Source: an uncultured bacterium
GTDB taxonomy: Bacteria > Zixibacteria > MSB-5A5 > UBA10806
Direction: 5' to 3'
Assembly: GCA_965541585.1 (NCBI GenBank)
Contig: CBEUCH010000009.1
Span: forward strand, 32,001-96,000
DNA length: 64,000 nucleotides
The notes under the pieces were generated by a model. That model did not search any database and was not told the origin of the DNA. It saw nothing but the letters and a program-made list of their open reading frames with translations. Made by a program: the position numbers and the translations under genes. This document shows, one piece after another, positions 1-10,014 of this stretch (positions within the stretch are counted from its first letter, which is position 1; each line of letters opens with the position of its first letter).

Positions 1-101
1 CCTACCAGGCCGCCAAGGACATAAGCAATCCCGATGATGTTATTCTGGTAACAGGCTCTCATTTTACAGTGGGTGAGGTGCTCTCGGGGCTGGCGCAATA
101 G
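1..101 (+). CDS. folC: 3' end of folylpolyglutamate synthase/dihydrofolate synthase (partial)
   Basis: Manual translation from nt 3 gives YQAAKDISNPDDVILVTGSHFTVGEVLSGLAQ*, resembling the FolC C-terminal 'vlvtGSlylvGe' motif. Confidence 0.7.
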   Translation, partial: YQAAKDISNPDDVILVTGSHFTVGEVLSGLAQ

Positions 102-210
102 GAAGTTTATCCCGTAAGTTTTGTTTTCTTATGATAGCGGATGATTATAGCTATATTTTCCCTTAGATTTTCGCTAACATTCGCAGGCCTCATTTGTATA
201 TTATGATAAT

Positions 211-2205
211 ATGGCCGATTTCAAACTGCACTCCACCTACCAGCCCAGGGGCGACCAACCGGAGGCCATCCGGCAACTGACCGAGGGCCTCGAACGTGGC
301 GATAAGCACCAGACCCTCCTGGGAGTCACCGGCTCCGGCAAAACCTTCACCATGGCCAATGTCATAGCCAATTACCAAAGGCCAACCCTGGTCATTTCTC
401 ATAACAAGACCCTTGCAGCTCAGCTCTATGGCGAGTTCAAAGGTTTCTTCCCCGAAAACGCGGTGGAGTTTTTCATCAGCTACTATGACTACTATCAGCC
501 CGAAGCCTACATCCCCAGTTCCGACACCTACATCGAAAAAGATACCTCGATCAATGAGGATATCGATCGTCTTCGATTGCGGGCGACCTCATCGCTCATG
601 GAGCGGGACGATGTCATCATAGTGGCCTCCGTTTCCTGCATCTACGGCCTCGGTTCCCCGGAGGATTACAAGGATATGCTCGTATTTTTGGAGTCCGGCC
701 AGTCCATAGAAAGGGATAGATTGCTGAAGGATCTGATAGACATTCATTATTCCCGAAACGATATTGAATTCGGCCGCGGCCATTTCAGGGTCAGAGGCGA
801 TGTGGTCGAGATCCATCCGGCCTATGACGATCAGGCCGTCAGGGTGCAGTTCTCAGGCGATGAAATCGAAAAAATCACAATCATCAATATCGTCGAAGGC
901 TCGGTTCTGGCCGAGAAGAATAAGCATGCCATTTATCCCGCGAGACATTTTGTCACCAGAAAAGAAAAACTGATCGGGGCTGTCGATTCAATAGAAACGG
1001 AGCTTGCCGACCGGCTGAAGAGTTACCGGGAAAATAGCAAACTTCTCGAAGCCCAGAGGCTGGAATCCAGAACGAAATACGATATCGAGATGATGCAGGA
1101 GATCGGCTACTGTTCCGGCATAGAGAACTACTCTCGATACCTTTCAGGAAGAAAACCCGGCGAGTCTCCATATACCCTGATAGATTTCTTTCCGTCGGAT
1201 TTCCTGACAATAATAGACGAATCGCATCAGACCATTCCGCAGATTAAGGGGATGTACAGGGGAGACCGATCGCGGAAAGAGACTCTGGTCGAATACGGAT
1301 TTCGGCTTCCATCGGCCCTGGACAACCGACCGCTTTTCTTCGAAGAGTTTGAATCCAGGGTGCACCGGGCGATATTCGTTTCTGCGACTCCGGCGGAATA
1401 CGAACTTGAGAAATCAAAGGGTGTACTGGTGGAGCAGATTATTCGACCCACCGGTCTCGTCGACCCGATAATAACGATCAAACCTGTAGCATCTCAGGTC
1501 GATGACTTGATCGGGCAAATTAGGAGGGTTACTCCCCGCGGTGAGAGAATTCTGGTGACAACTTTGACCAAGAGGATGGCCGAGGATCTGACCGATTATC
1601 TTAATAACCTCGGTGTAAAAGTGAGATATCTCCATTCGGAAATCGATGCCATCGACAGGGTCGAAATATTGAGAGATCTAAGACTGGCCGAGTTCGACGT
1701 TCTGGTCGGGATAAATCTGTTGAGGGAAGGTCTCGATCTGCCGGAGGTTTCGCTGGTGGCCATCCTCGATGCCGACAAGGAGGGATTCTTGCGTTCGGAA
1801 AGATCGCTGATCCAGACTGCCGGGCGAGCGGCTCGCAACAAGGCGGGGGAGGTAATCCTCTATGCGGACAAGATAACCGACTCAATCAGAAAAGCGGTTT
1901 CGGAAACCGATCGTCGGCGGAAAATTCAGATCGAATATAATGATAAGCATGGCATTAAGCCTGAGACTATTGTAAAATCGCGCGACGAGATCTTGAGAAC
2001 AACGTCATTCGCCGATGCCAAAACGGCCATACCGGAACGGGCCGCCCCGGAAGAAATTGATGCCGTAGCCAGGCTGGAATACGAGGAGAGAATTCAAGCC
2101 CTGCAGAGGCTGATGAGAAAGGCAGCAAAAGAATTACAATTTGAGAAAGCGGCGGAACTGAGAAATGAAATCTCGCGTCTGAGAAAGGCGGTTGGAAAAG
2201 AATGA
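211..2205 (+). CDS. uvrB: Excinuclease ABC subunit B
   Basis: GDQPEAI, Walker [19 protein letters not shown] beta-hairpin, [14 protein letters not shown] and a C-terminal UVR coil. Confidence 0.99.
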   Translation: MADFKLHSTYQPRGDQPEAIRQLTEGLERGDKHQTLLGVTGSGKTFTMANVIANYQRPTLVISHNKTLAAQLYGEFKGFFPENAVEFFISYYDYYQPEAYIPSSDTYIEKDTSINEDIDRLRLRATSSLMERDDVIIVASVSCIYGLGSPEDYKDMLVFLESGQSIERDRLLKDLIDIHYSRNDIEFGRGHFRVRGDVVEIHPAYDDQAVRVQFSGDEIEKITIINIVEGSVLAEKNKHAIYPARHFVTRKEKLIGAVDSIETELADRLKSYRENSKLLEAQRLESRTKYDIEMMQEIGYCSGIENYSRYLSGRKPGESPYTLIDFFPSDFLTIIDESHQTIPQIKGMYRGDRSRKETLVEYGFRLPSALDNRPLFFEEFESRVHRAIFVSATPAEYELEKSKGVLVEQIIRPTGLVDPIITIKPVASQVDDLIGQIRRVTPRGERILVTTLTKRMAEDLTDYLNNLGVKVRYLHSEIDAIDRVEILRDLRLAEFDVLVGINLLREGLDLPEVSLVAILDADKEGFLRSERSLIQTAGRAARNKAGEVILYADKITDSIRKAVSETDRRRKIQIEYNDKHGIKPETIVKSRDEILRTTSFADAKTAIPERAAPEEIDAVARLEYEERIQALQRLMRKAAKELQFEKAAELRNEISRLRKAVGKE

Positions 2206-3095
2206 CTGAGCTAAAAAAAAATCTCGACGTTTTAATGGTTTTGATGCTCATCCTCATGCTTTCATGCGGAGATACCGGTGTAACCGGGCAGGATGAACCG
2301 ACTGACGAGGACGCAATCTATAATATCATCAGATTTGACCGGCCCTCGGAATTCAATATTAACCTTCTGGATTTCTCCGTTCCCGAGACTTTAATGGTGC
2401 CAATAGGGCCGATTGTGCCTGCTGATTACTGGCTCGATCTTGACAGCGATTCTCTGTTTATTGCAATCGATATCAATTATCCACAGCCCGGAGACCCGGT
2501 TGGAACCAACGCCAAAGCCGATGTTCGGCTATCGAAATATTTTTTCGGGACATTTGAAATAATCGGCGTGGATACGACCGGCGGCGATCAGGTTCCGGTC
2601 AGGATGTCGAAGGAGTTTACTATTCTGGGCATCATGGAGGCAGATTTTGAGAAGTTCGGGGCTGATTACCACACCCGCCGGGGCTGGCTGCTGACAGATA
2701 TCTCCGATGCTGTCTTTGTCGGCGATGTCCCTGGCCCAATTGGAGCAATCGGTCCGATAGCAATAAATTCAGCATCAAACCCGGACTATATTGTCGATAC
2801 CGATATCAGGCCCTTATCGGATGTTCTGCGGTTTGCTCCAGACGAGTCTCTGACGGTTTCGATTATCGCTGCAGATACAGGTGACTTCATAAGCCTCCGT
2901 TACAGGTCCGGTACGGATTTCAGATCGGTTCCGATCATGCCCAATGCCGAGGGTGAATATATTGCCGGCTTCAGAGTTTCCGGTAGCGAAGGATACGATC
3001 ATTTCCTGGTCGAGGCCATAAGCAATGAGACAGTTACAGATACGGCGGCGAGCTTTAAGCAGAAAGCGATCGGCATTCTCTATCGTATCAGGTAG
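2202..3095 (+). CDS. Hypothetical lipoprotein
   Basis: Hydrophobic signal with lipobox LMLSC; ATGA overlap with the uvrB stop; 297 aa, acidic. Confidence 0.8.
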   Translation: MTELKKNLDVLMVLMLILMLSCGDTGVTGQDEPTDEDAIYNIIRFDRPSEFNINLLDFSVPETLMVPIGPIVPADYWLDLDSDSLFIAIDINYPQPGDPVGTNAKADVRLSKYFFGTFEIIGVDTTGGDQVPVRMSKEFTILGIMEADFEKFGADYHTRRGWLLTDISDAVFVGDVPGPIGAIGPIAINSASNPDYIVDTDIRPLSDVLRFAPDESLTVSIIAADTGDFISLRYRSGTDFRSVPIMPNAEGEYIAGFRVSGSEGYDHFLVEAISNETVTDTAASFKQKAIGILYRIR

Positions 3096-3182
3096 TGAAG
3101 CAGCCCGGGAAGCGTGATGGTTTTCGAAAAATCACTTTCTTTGCCGGTGGAATAGTATTATATTCGCTCAAACGGAGGAGTT

Positions 3183-3371
3183 ATGGCTAAAAGACAATCT
3201 TTCGCCGACAAAGCGTCAAAGAAAAAACATGTGCTCAATTGCGAGGTCTGTAATTCACCTATCACAGCAACTCTGGTGGTGCTTCCGCAGACTACCGGTA
3301 GCGGGAATATTAAGTATAAAAAGAGAATGGTGAGCGTCTGTAAGTGTAACCACAAAGAAATCTATGGGTGA
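3183..3371 (+). CDS. Small basic Cys4 protein, possibly a zinc-ribbon DUF4295/bL38-like protein
   Basis: Strong RBS GGAGGAG; 62 aa, Lys-rich, with CEVC and CKC motifs. Confidence 0.75.
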   Translation: MAKRQSFADKASKKKHVLNCEVCNSPITATLVVLPQTTGSGNIKYKKRMVSVCKCNHKEIYG

Positions 3372-3534
3372 GCGTAACTTATTTGTGTATATATGATTAT
3401 CGAGTTAAATCAGCCGACGATTCCAGATGGTTAGAATCGGCGGCTTGTGAAAATATTTACAAAATCCCTTGACCCGTGCGGCTCCGGGGATTATTTTTTG
3501 TTGATATGGATTTCCAGTTATCGAGGAGGTCTCG

Positions 3535-3738
3535 ATGGCCAAAATAGATGTTGATACTGTACGCTGTAAGGGATGCGAATTGTGTATTCCGGCCTGCCCC
3601 AAAGACGTTATCGGCCTCTCAAAATCCTTTTCCTCCTCCGGATACTATCCGGCCACTATGGTCCAGCCCGAGGCATGTAATGGCTGTAAACTTTGCGCTT
3701 ATGTTTGTCCCGATGTAGCCATTACAGTCTATAAATAG
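3535..3738 (+). CDS. 2x[4Fe-4S] ferredoxin, delta subunit of 2-oxoacid:ferredoxin oxidoreductase
   Basis: Two CxxCxxCxxxCP motifs; RBS GAGGAGG; first gene of the oxidoreductase operon. Confidence 0.95.
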   Translation: MAKIDVDTVRCKGCELCIPACPKDVIGLSKSFSSSGYYPATMVQPEACNGCKLCAYVCPDVAITVYK

Positions 3739-3750
3739 GAAGGATTAGAA

Positions 3751-4833
3751 ATGTCCGAGAGAATATTGATGAAGGGTAATGAGGCGATTGCTGAAGGCGC
3801 CGTGAGAGCCGGCTGCCGATTCTTCGCCGGCTATCCCATAACGCCCCAAAATGAAATCCCTGAATACATGTCATGGCGTCTTCCGGAAAAAGGGGGTACA
3901 TTCATTCAAGCCGAATCAGAGGTTTCCGCCATAAACATGCTTTACGGCGCCAGTTCTGTCGGAACAAGAGTAATGACTTCATCGTCATCGCCGGGGATTA
4001 GCTTAAAGCAGGAGGGGATCTCCTATTGCGCCTCGGCGGAACTTCCTATTTTCTATGCCAACGTTGTCAGGGGCGGGCCGGGACTCGGCAACATCGCTCC
4101 GGCACAGGGGGACTATTTTCAAGCCACGCGCGGCGGCGGCCATGGCGATTATCGCGTCATCGTCATGGCTCCGAAATCGGTTGAAGAGATGGCTAATTTC
4201 CCGAGAAAATGTTACGATCTGGCATTCAAATACAGAATTCCCACCATGGTTCTGGCTGACGGAATCCTGGGCCAGATGATGGAACCGATCACATTCGATT
4301 TCGATCCCATAGATCCCGGCTCATTACCGGCGCCGGATTGGGCCTTGAGGGGTACCAACGGTGGCGAAAGGAGAGTCATAAAATCCTATGACCTGAGGCC
4401 GGGGAAGATGGAAGAATGGAATTTTCGGCTTGAGAAAAAATACGATCAAATAAGGGCTGACGAAACCAGATATGAAAGTTTTAACCTGGATGACGCTGAG
4501 ATTATTCTAACGGGATACGGCACATCGGCCAGGATTTGTGAATCAGCCATGATGCTCGGCAGGAGCCAGGGGTTGAAGATAGGTCTGGTGAGACCGATAA
4601 CGCTCTGGCCATTCCCCGGTCAGGTCTTTCGGGATCTGGCTGTTAAAGTCAGCAAATTCCTGGTCATCGAAATGAGTCTCGGACAGTATGTCGAGGATGT
4701 TCAGCTTTCTGTTAACGGTAAATCTGAAATTCACCTGCATAAACGTCCGGCGGGCGGCATTCCAACCGGCGAAGAGGTCCTTGAAATAACAAGAAAGGTC
4801 CTTGCCGGCGATGACTCCCTGCGGTTTGCCTGA
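3751..4833 (+). CDS. vorB: 2-ketoisovalerate:ferredoxin oxidoreductase alpha subunit (VorB type)
   Basis: MKGNEAIAE, GYPITPQ, QAESEV, TSSSSPGISLKQE and GPGLGNI motifs. Confidence 0.92.
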   Translation: MSERILMKGNEAIAEGAVRAGCRFFAGYPITPQNEIPEYMSWRLPEKGGTFIQAESEVSAINMLYGASSVGTRVMTSSSSPGISLKQEGISYCASAELPIFYANVVRGGPGLGNIAPAQGDYFQATRGGGHGDYRVIVMAPKSVEEMANFPRKCYDLAFKYRIPTMVLADGILGQMMEPITFDFDPIDPGSLPAPDWALRGTNGGERRVIKSYDLRPGKMEEWNFRLEKKYDQIRADETRYESFNLDDAEIILTGYGTSARICESAMMLGRSQGLKIGLVRPITLWPFPGQVFRDLAVKVSKFLVIEMSLGQYVEDVQLSVNGKSEIHLHKRPAGGIPTGEEVLEITRKVLAGDDSLRFA

Positions 4834-4857
4834 TATCTGGCTGGATTGGAGATAGAC

Positions 4858-5658
4858 ATGAAAAAAGTTTTCGAACAGACAAAAGGACTCACCGATATCC
4901 CCATGCGGTATTGCCCCGGTTGTGGTCATGGTGTTGTCCATCGCCTGGTTGCCGAGGTTTACGAGGAACTCGGGGTCCAGGGACAGACAATCGGGGTTGG
5001 GCCCGTGGGATGTTCGGTTTTCGCCGATGAGTATTTCAATGTCGATATGATCCAGGGCGCTCATGGCAGGGGACCGGCTATCGCCACCGGCATCAAGAGA
5101 AACCTTCCCGACCGATTGGTTTTCTCATACCAGGGAGATGGTGACCTGGCATCGATAGGAGCTGCCGAGATGCTACACGTTGCCATGCGCTCGGAGAACA
5201 TCACCATCATTTTTATAAACAACGCCATCTACGGTATGACCGGCGGGCAGATGGCGCCGACAACGCTTCTGGGTATGAAATCGACAACCTCCCCGGCGGG
5301 CCGCACTGTTGAGGCCCACGGTTATCCGATTAAAGTCTGCGAACTGCTGTCCGTTCTCGACGGACCGGTCTATCTCGAAAGAACCTCGGTTGACAAACCG
5401 GCCGGGGTGATCAAGACCAAAAAGGCGATCAAACGCGCATTCGAATACCAGCTGCAGGGACGGGGTTTCACCCTGGTTGAGATACTCTCTCAATGCCCCA
5501 CCGACTGGGGAATGACTCCCCTGCAATCGTTGGAGCGAATCAGAAATGAGATGATCCCATATTTTCCTCTCGGCGTGTACCTGGAGCCCGAGGATGACAA
5601 AAGATCGCGGCCGGCCAAAACCACAACTGCAGAGTCCGTCTCAGCCAGGAAGGGGTAA
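4858..5658 (+). CDS. 2-oxoacid:ferredoxin oxidoreductase beta (TPP-binding) subunit
   Basis: YCPGCGHG, GDGDLASIG...NN TPP motif and YGMTGGQ; ATG 4858 follows a GGAG RBS. Confidence 0.95.
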   Translation: MKKVFEQTKGLTDIPMRYCPGCGHGVVHRLVAEVYEELGVQGQTIGVGPVGCSVFADEYFNVDMIQGAHGRGPAIATGIKRNLPDRLVFSYQGDGDLASIGAAEMLHVAMRSENITIIFINNAIYGMTGGQMAPTTLLGMKSTTSPAGRTVEAHGYPIKVCELLSVLDGPVYLERTSVDKPAGVIKTKKAIKRAFEYQLQGRGFTLVEILSQCPTDWGMTPLQSLERIRNEMIPYFPLGVYLEPEDDKRSRPAKTTTAESVSARKG

Positions 5659-5663
5659 GGCGG

Positions 5664-6200
5664 ATGTATCAGGGAATCATAATGTCCGGTTTTGGCGGCC
5701 AGGGGATCATATCGTGTGGTATAATGTTGGCTTACGCCGGAATGATGGACGGCAAAAACGTTACCTTCTTTCCTGCTTATGGCGCCGAAATGAGAGGCGG
5801 CACCGCCAACTGTTCCGTGGTAGTGTCAACGGATCTTGTGGCATCGCCCGTTGTCGGCAGTCCGGATTCCATTATGATATTAAACGAGCCATCCCTTGCG
5901 AAATTTGAACCGGTTCTTAAGCAGGCCGGATTGCTCTTTTTGAATACGTCCCTGGTGGCATCGAAACCAACAAGGGCGGATATTACGGTTATAGAAGTGC
6001 CCGCTAACGACATTGCCGAAGAACTGGGAAACATAAAGGCCGCCAATATGGTCATGCTTGGCGCCTACGCAAAAAAAACCGGCGCCGTCAGAATCGAGAC
6101 TCTTAAAGACAGTATAAAGAAAGTCTACGTGCGGGCCGCCGACCAGATGGTCGAAACCAACAAAAAAGCCATAGATAGAGGAGTCGCTATCGCAGGATAG
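5664..6200 (+). CDS. 2-oxoacid:ferredoxin oxidoreductase gamma subunit
   Basis: GFGGQG, YGAEMRGGTA and NMVMLGA motifs. Confidence 0.95.
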   Translation: MYQGIIMSGFGGQGIISCGIMLAYAGMMDGKNVTFFPAYGAEMRGGTANCSVVVSTDLVASPVVGSPDSIMILNEPSLAKFEPVLKQAGLLFLNTSLVASKPTRADITVIEVPANDIAEELGNIKAANMVMLGAYAKKTGAVRIETLKDSIKKVYVRAADQMVETNKKAIDRGVAIAG

Positions 6201-6277
6201 AGAATCGCGACTGCCTTTTCTAATTGTCTTTGAAATAGATATGATAATATTCCCGCACTCTTAAAAGGGAGCCTGAA

Positions 6278-6724
6278 ATGGGAATAGTGGATGAGTTGGA
6301 GAAATCCCATATGGATATACTGGCCGCAGTCGAAAATAACACGGCGGAGGAAATGTCCCGGGAAAAAACTATCGGCGAATGGTCTGTTCGAGATGTCATC
6401 CTGCATATCGCCATGTGGGAGGGCGAAGCATTGAAGGGTCTTGCAGTGTGGCGCACAGGACATGATCCCGATTGGTCATATATTAAGAGTATTCAGGTTT
6501 TCAACGATTTCTGGATCGATTCCGCTTCCAAGATGTCCGTAGATCAGGTCATGCGTATGTTCAATCTCATACATTATGCAGTCATAGCCGAGGTTTCTGC
6601 AATACCGGAGGATATCTGGCAGAAGCGTGGAGGCATACCCGGTTGGTCGAAGGATGAGACAACCAATCATTTCAAAGAACATATCCCCAGGGTGCAGGCT
6701 TATAAAGGATCCCTGGGTAAATAG
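6278..6724 (+). CDS. DinB/ClbS/DfsB-family four-helix bundle protein
   Basis: GEWSVRDVILHIAMWE motif and a C-terminal HFKEH. Confidence 0.8.
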   Translation: MGIVDELEKSHMDILAAVENNTAEEMSREKTIGEWSVRDVILHIAMWEGEALKGLAVWRTGHDPDWSYIKSIQVFNDFWIDSASKMSVDQVMRMFNLIHYAVIAEVSAIPEDIWQKRGGIPGWSKDETTNHFKEHIPRVQAYKGSLGK

Positions 6725-6827
6725 TCAAAGAATTGCTGCAGATACACTTCCACCGACAATAGAATCCTTTGAATATATTAGATCGGTAGTATATATTTAG
6801 ATTGCATTTGAATATCCGAGGCGAGGA

Positions 6828-8333
6828 TTGTTTAAGAAGATCTTAATTGCTAACAGGGGAGAGATAGCGGTAAGAATTATCCGGGCCTGCCGCGATCTCG
6901 ATATCAGGTCGGTGGCTGTCTTCTCCGAGCCGGATAGAACTTCATTGCATGTTCGCCTGGCTGACGAAGCCTACCCGATCGGCCCCGCGCCGTCATCTGA
7001 ATCTTATCTTGTAATCGATAGAATTATCGAGACGGCTAAGAAGGCAAAGGCTGAGGCAATTCATCCCGGTTATGGTTTTCTGGCTGAGAATCCCTTGTTC
7101 GCCAGGGCCTGTGAGGACGCAGGGATTGTATTTATAGGCCCGCCTGCGACCTCGATAGAAATGATGGGCGATAAGATAGCCGCCCGCAAAGCCATGATCA
7201 AAGCCGGCGTGAAGGTGGTACCCGGAGTTGAAAAACCGATAAGCAGTGAAAAGGATGCTATGACCATGGCCGGTAATATCGGCTACCCCGTCCTGATCAA
7301 AGCCGCTGCCGGTGGTGGCGGCAAGGGGATGCGAATCGTTGACGATGATTCGGGGATAAAATCTGCGGTCAGGGGTGCAAAATCTGAGGCTAAATCTGCT
7401 TTCGGCGACGATAGAATCTATATCGAAAAATATCTCCCCCGGCCACGCCATATCGAAATTCAGATGATTGCCGATCTCCACGGAAATTACGTCTATCTCG
7501 GAGAGCGGGAATGCTCCATTCAGAGGCGTCATCAGAAGGTGATTGAGGAGGCCCCCAGCCCGCTTGTCGATGATGCCATGCGCCAGAAGATGGGGCAGGC
7601 TGCCATCGCTGCCGCAAAAGCCGCCGGATATACCAACGCCGGAACAGTCGAGTTTCTCGCCGACGATGACAGGAAGTTTTACTTTCTGGAGATGAATACT
7701 CGTCTGCAAGTGGAGCATCCGGTAACCGAACTTGTGACCGGACTCGATCTTGCCATAGAACAGATCCGCATCGCTACGGGGGAGAAGCTGTCATTTATGC
7801 AAGATGATATCGCGATCGAGGGTTATGCCATAGAATGCCGCATCTATGCCGAGGATCCGAGCGCCGGATTCTTACCTTCAAGCGGACTTCTGCGCTGTTA
7901 CCAGGAGCCGGCCGGCCCGGGTATAAGAGTCGATTCGGGAGTTTACGAGGGGGCCGAAATTTCAGTATATTACGATCCTATGATCTCCAAGCTGCTCTCT
8001 TACGGCAAGGACCGTGGTCAGGCCATCGGCCGCATGAAACGTGCCTTAAATGAATACCGGATATCGGGCGTAACCACCAATATAGAATTTCACAAAACCG
8101 TTCTGGATCATCCCGAATTCGTCGCCGGAAATTTATCTACTCATTTCATCGATGATTACTTCGAAGCTGCGGACGAGCAGCATCAAAAGACAGAGGAAAC
8201 ACTGGCGGTTGCAGCAGCCATGGTGGAGCATAACGCTCGCAACAAGCTCTCCGTTTCGAACATGAAGAAAACTCCCGTCTCCGCCTGGAAGACCTCCTGG
8301 CGTCCGGGCAACAGCGAGCCGGATGACTTATGA
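6828..8333 (+). CDS. accC: Biotin carboxylase, probably of propionyl-CoA carboxylase
   Basis: LIANRGEIA, HPGYGFLAEN, GGGGKGMR, RECSIQRRHQK and EMNTRLQVEH motifs. Confidence 0.95.
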   Translation: MFKKILIANRGEIAVRIIRACRDLDIRSVAVFSEPDRTSLHVRLADEAYPIGPAPSSESYLVIDRIIETAKKAKAEAIHPGYGFLAENPLFARACEDAGIVFIGPPATSIEMMGDKIAARKAMIKAGVKVVPGVEKPISSEKDAMTMAGNIGYPVLIKAAAGGGGKGMRIVDDDSGIKSAVRGAKSEAKSAFGDDRIYIEKYLPRPRHIEIQMIADLHGNYVYLGERECSIQRRHQKVIEEAPSPLVDDAMRQKMGQAAIAAAKAAGYTNAGTVEFLADDDRKFYFLEMNTRLQVEHPVTELVTGLDLAIEQIRIATGEKLSFMQDDIAIEGYAIECRIYAEDPSAGFLPSSGLLRCYQEPAGPGIRVDSGVYEGAEISVYYDPMISKLLSYGKDRGQAIGRMKRALNEYRISGVTTNIEFHKTVLDHPEFVAGNLSTHFIDDYFEAADEQHQKTEETLAVAAAMVEHNARNKLSVSNMKKTPVSAWKTSWRPGNSEPDDL

Positions 8334-8830
8334 AATACCAAGTCAAAATAGGCGAGAGAAAGTACGAGGTCGGCATCGACGGCGACGGGCCCGGTGTCAC
8401 CGTCAACGGCCGGCGTTTGAATGTCGATCTGAGAAGTCTCAAAGGCGGCAAGCTCCATTCCATTCTGGCCGATAACGAAAATTTCGAGTTCGAGCTGGAG
8501 CGCTCCAACGGTGGGTTCAATCTCTGGCACGGGAGAGGGCAGGTCTTCGTCGAGGTCACCGACGAGAAAACCGAACGGCTTAAAAGACTCATGGGCGGTG
8601 CCGAAACCGGCAGAAAACAGGCCGTCCTGAGAGCCGCCATGCCCGGCCTGGTGGTTAAAGTAGAGGTTGAACCGGGGCAGAGAATCATGAAGGGAGACGG
8701 CCTTTTAATCATCGAGGCCATGAAGATGGAAAACGAGATCAAAGCCCAGAGCCCCGGCGTGGTCAATGAGATCAAAGTCAAACCCGGCCAGCCAGTTGAG
8801 AAAAACCAGGTGCTGGTTGTGTTTGAATAA
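8330..8830 (+). CDS. Biotin carboxyl carrier protein (BT domain plus biotinyl domain)
   Basis: EAMKMEN biotinylation motif; overlaps the biotin carboxylase stop. Confidence 0.93.
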   Translation: MKYQVKIGERKYEVGIDGDGPGVTVNGRRLNVDLRSLKGGKLHSILADNENFEFELERSNGGFNLWHGRGQVFVEVTDEKTERLKRLMGGAETGRKQAVLRAAMPGLVVKVEVEPGQRIMKGDGLLIIEAMKMENEIKAQSPGVVNEIKVKPGQPVEKNQVLVVFE

Positions 8831-8883
8831 ATATACTTTTCAATGTTGTAATATCTAACAGGAATGAGGAACCCGACAATTTT

Positions 8884-9441
8884 CTAAAAATCCAGATCTA
8901 TATTATCAGCTTTCTCGAAATTGAATGAATAATCATAGCCGTATAGCTGTATGCCTTTTCCGGAGACCATGTAGTAATCCAATAGATACGGCTCACCGTT
9001 CTCCGGCTTGAAGCGGATGCTGTCGAAATGGAAATCGTATTTTCCCTTTTCTGTTATCTCTCCCGCTACCGGATCTTTGATTAAGAGCCAGTAATGGCGT
9101 TTGTCGAATCTCAAAACCGCCATGTTGGCCTGGTCGGCTCGCCTCACGCCCATCCAGGTTCCCACCGGTCTGCGCGGCATGGGAGCCCTCTCGATTTCGG
9201 GAGATTCCCCCGGAACCTTCGGGACTGAGGCGGTTTGATAATCTCTGGTCGAGGCCCCGATATCCTCCAGATCCTCCTGAATATATCCGGAGAAGAGCTT
9301 CTGCCGCTCGATCATCTCTTGCTTCTGCTTCTCGAGTTTCGGCATCACTTTATCGTAACCCCTGTCGGTTACATAATTCATGGCCGCTAAGACTATTATA
9401 AAGGACGCCATCGACGCTATTAATATCCTGGGATTAAGCAT
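8884..9441 (-). CDS. Hypothetical protein with N-terminal membrane anchor
   Basis: 185-aa ORF with RBS AGGAGAG and a hydrophobic N-terminus. Confidence 0.7.
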   Translation of the reverse strand: MLNPRILIASMASFIIVLAAMNYVTDRGYDKVMPKLEKQKQEMIERQKLFSGYIQEDLEDIGASTRDYQTASVPKVPGESPEIERAPMPRRPVGTWMGVRRADQANMAVLRFDKRHYWLLIKDPVAGEITEKGKYDFHFDSIRFKPENGEPYLLDYYMVSGKGIQLYGYDYSFNFEKADNIDLDF

Positions 9442-9541
9442 ATTACTCTCCTGTATAGCTCTTTCTATATATATATATCGGTTTCCTGATATGGAAGGTT
9501 GAATTATAGGGTGTTTCGGCCAACTGGGACCGGACGGCGAT

Positions 9542-9829
9542 TTATCCCGGAATGCTAATGCTTTTTGCCATAATCAGTTCGGCGTCGCTGGGAAGCCTTA
9601 GAGGCTCCGCTGATTTGGTGAAAAAAGCCAGCCCCTTATGGCTTGAGATATATTTGTAGCTTGGTGACCAGAAACTCTTTAGTTTCATCACCACCAGCGG
9701 TTTTTCGGCCCTTCCGATGATTGTCAAAAAATCGCCGTTTTCCACCCGGACTATAGCCCCGGAGGCCTTTATGGCGTTGGCTATGGCTGCCGCAGCCGCG
9801 GCCCCTGCAATTACTGCCCCGTTGCTCAT
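9542..9829 (-). CDS. Hypothetical protein with Ala-rich N-terminus
   Basis: RBS GGAGGTG lies upstream of ATG 9829; 95 aa. Confidence 0.7.
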   Translation of the reverse strand: MSNGAVIAGAAAAAAIANAIKASGAIVRVENGDFLTIIGRAEKPLVVMKLKSFWSPSYKYISSHKGLAFFTKSAEPLRLPSDAELIMAKSISIPG

Positions 9830-10014
9830 TCTGCTCACCTCCCGTAAGTACTCTTTTCGTATAATAATAACCGCAAAAATAGCAATTATTCAAGCGATTT
9901 GACCGGGCAAATTATTGCCTTTCAAGCAATTTCCGGAAACGAGCGGTTATCCCCGGCGCGGCAGATTTTCTATTCTTTATTTCCCTGTTTTTATTATATT
10001 ATCACTGCAGGGTA

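Noticed and set aside
4831..4860. The VOR alpha TGA stop is in frame with the beta subunit with no intervening stop, suggesting a read-through fusion
   Set aside because: No SECIS-like hairpin or Cys-motif context; beta has its own RBS and ATG; the shared frame is likely chance.
6993..7718. Long antisense ORFs (also 34917-35642 and 25923-26528)
   Set aside because: They are shadows of well-supported genes on the opposite strand and contain no recognisable motifs.
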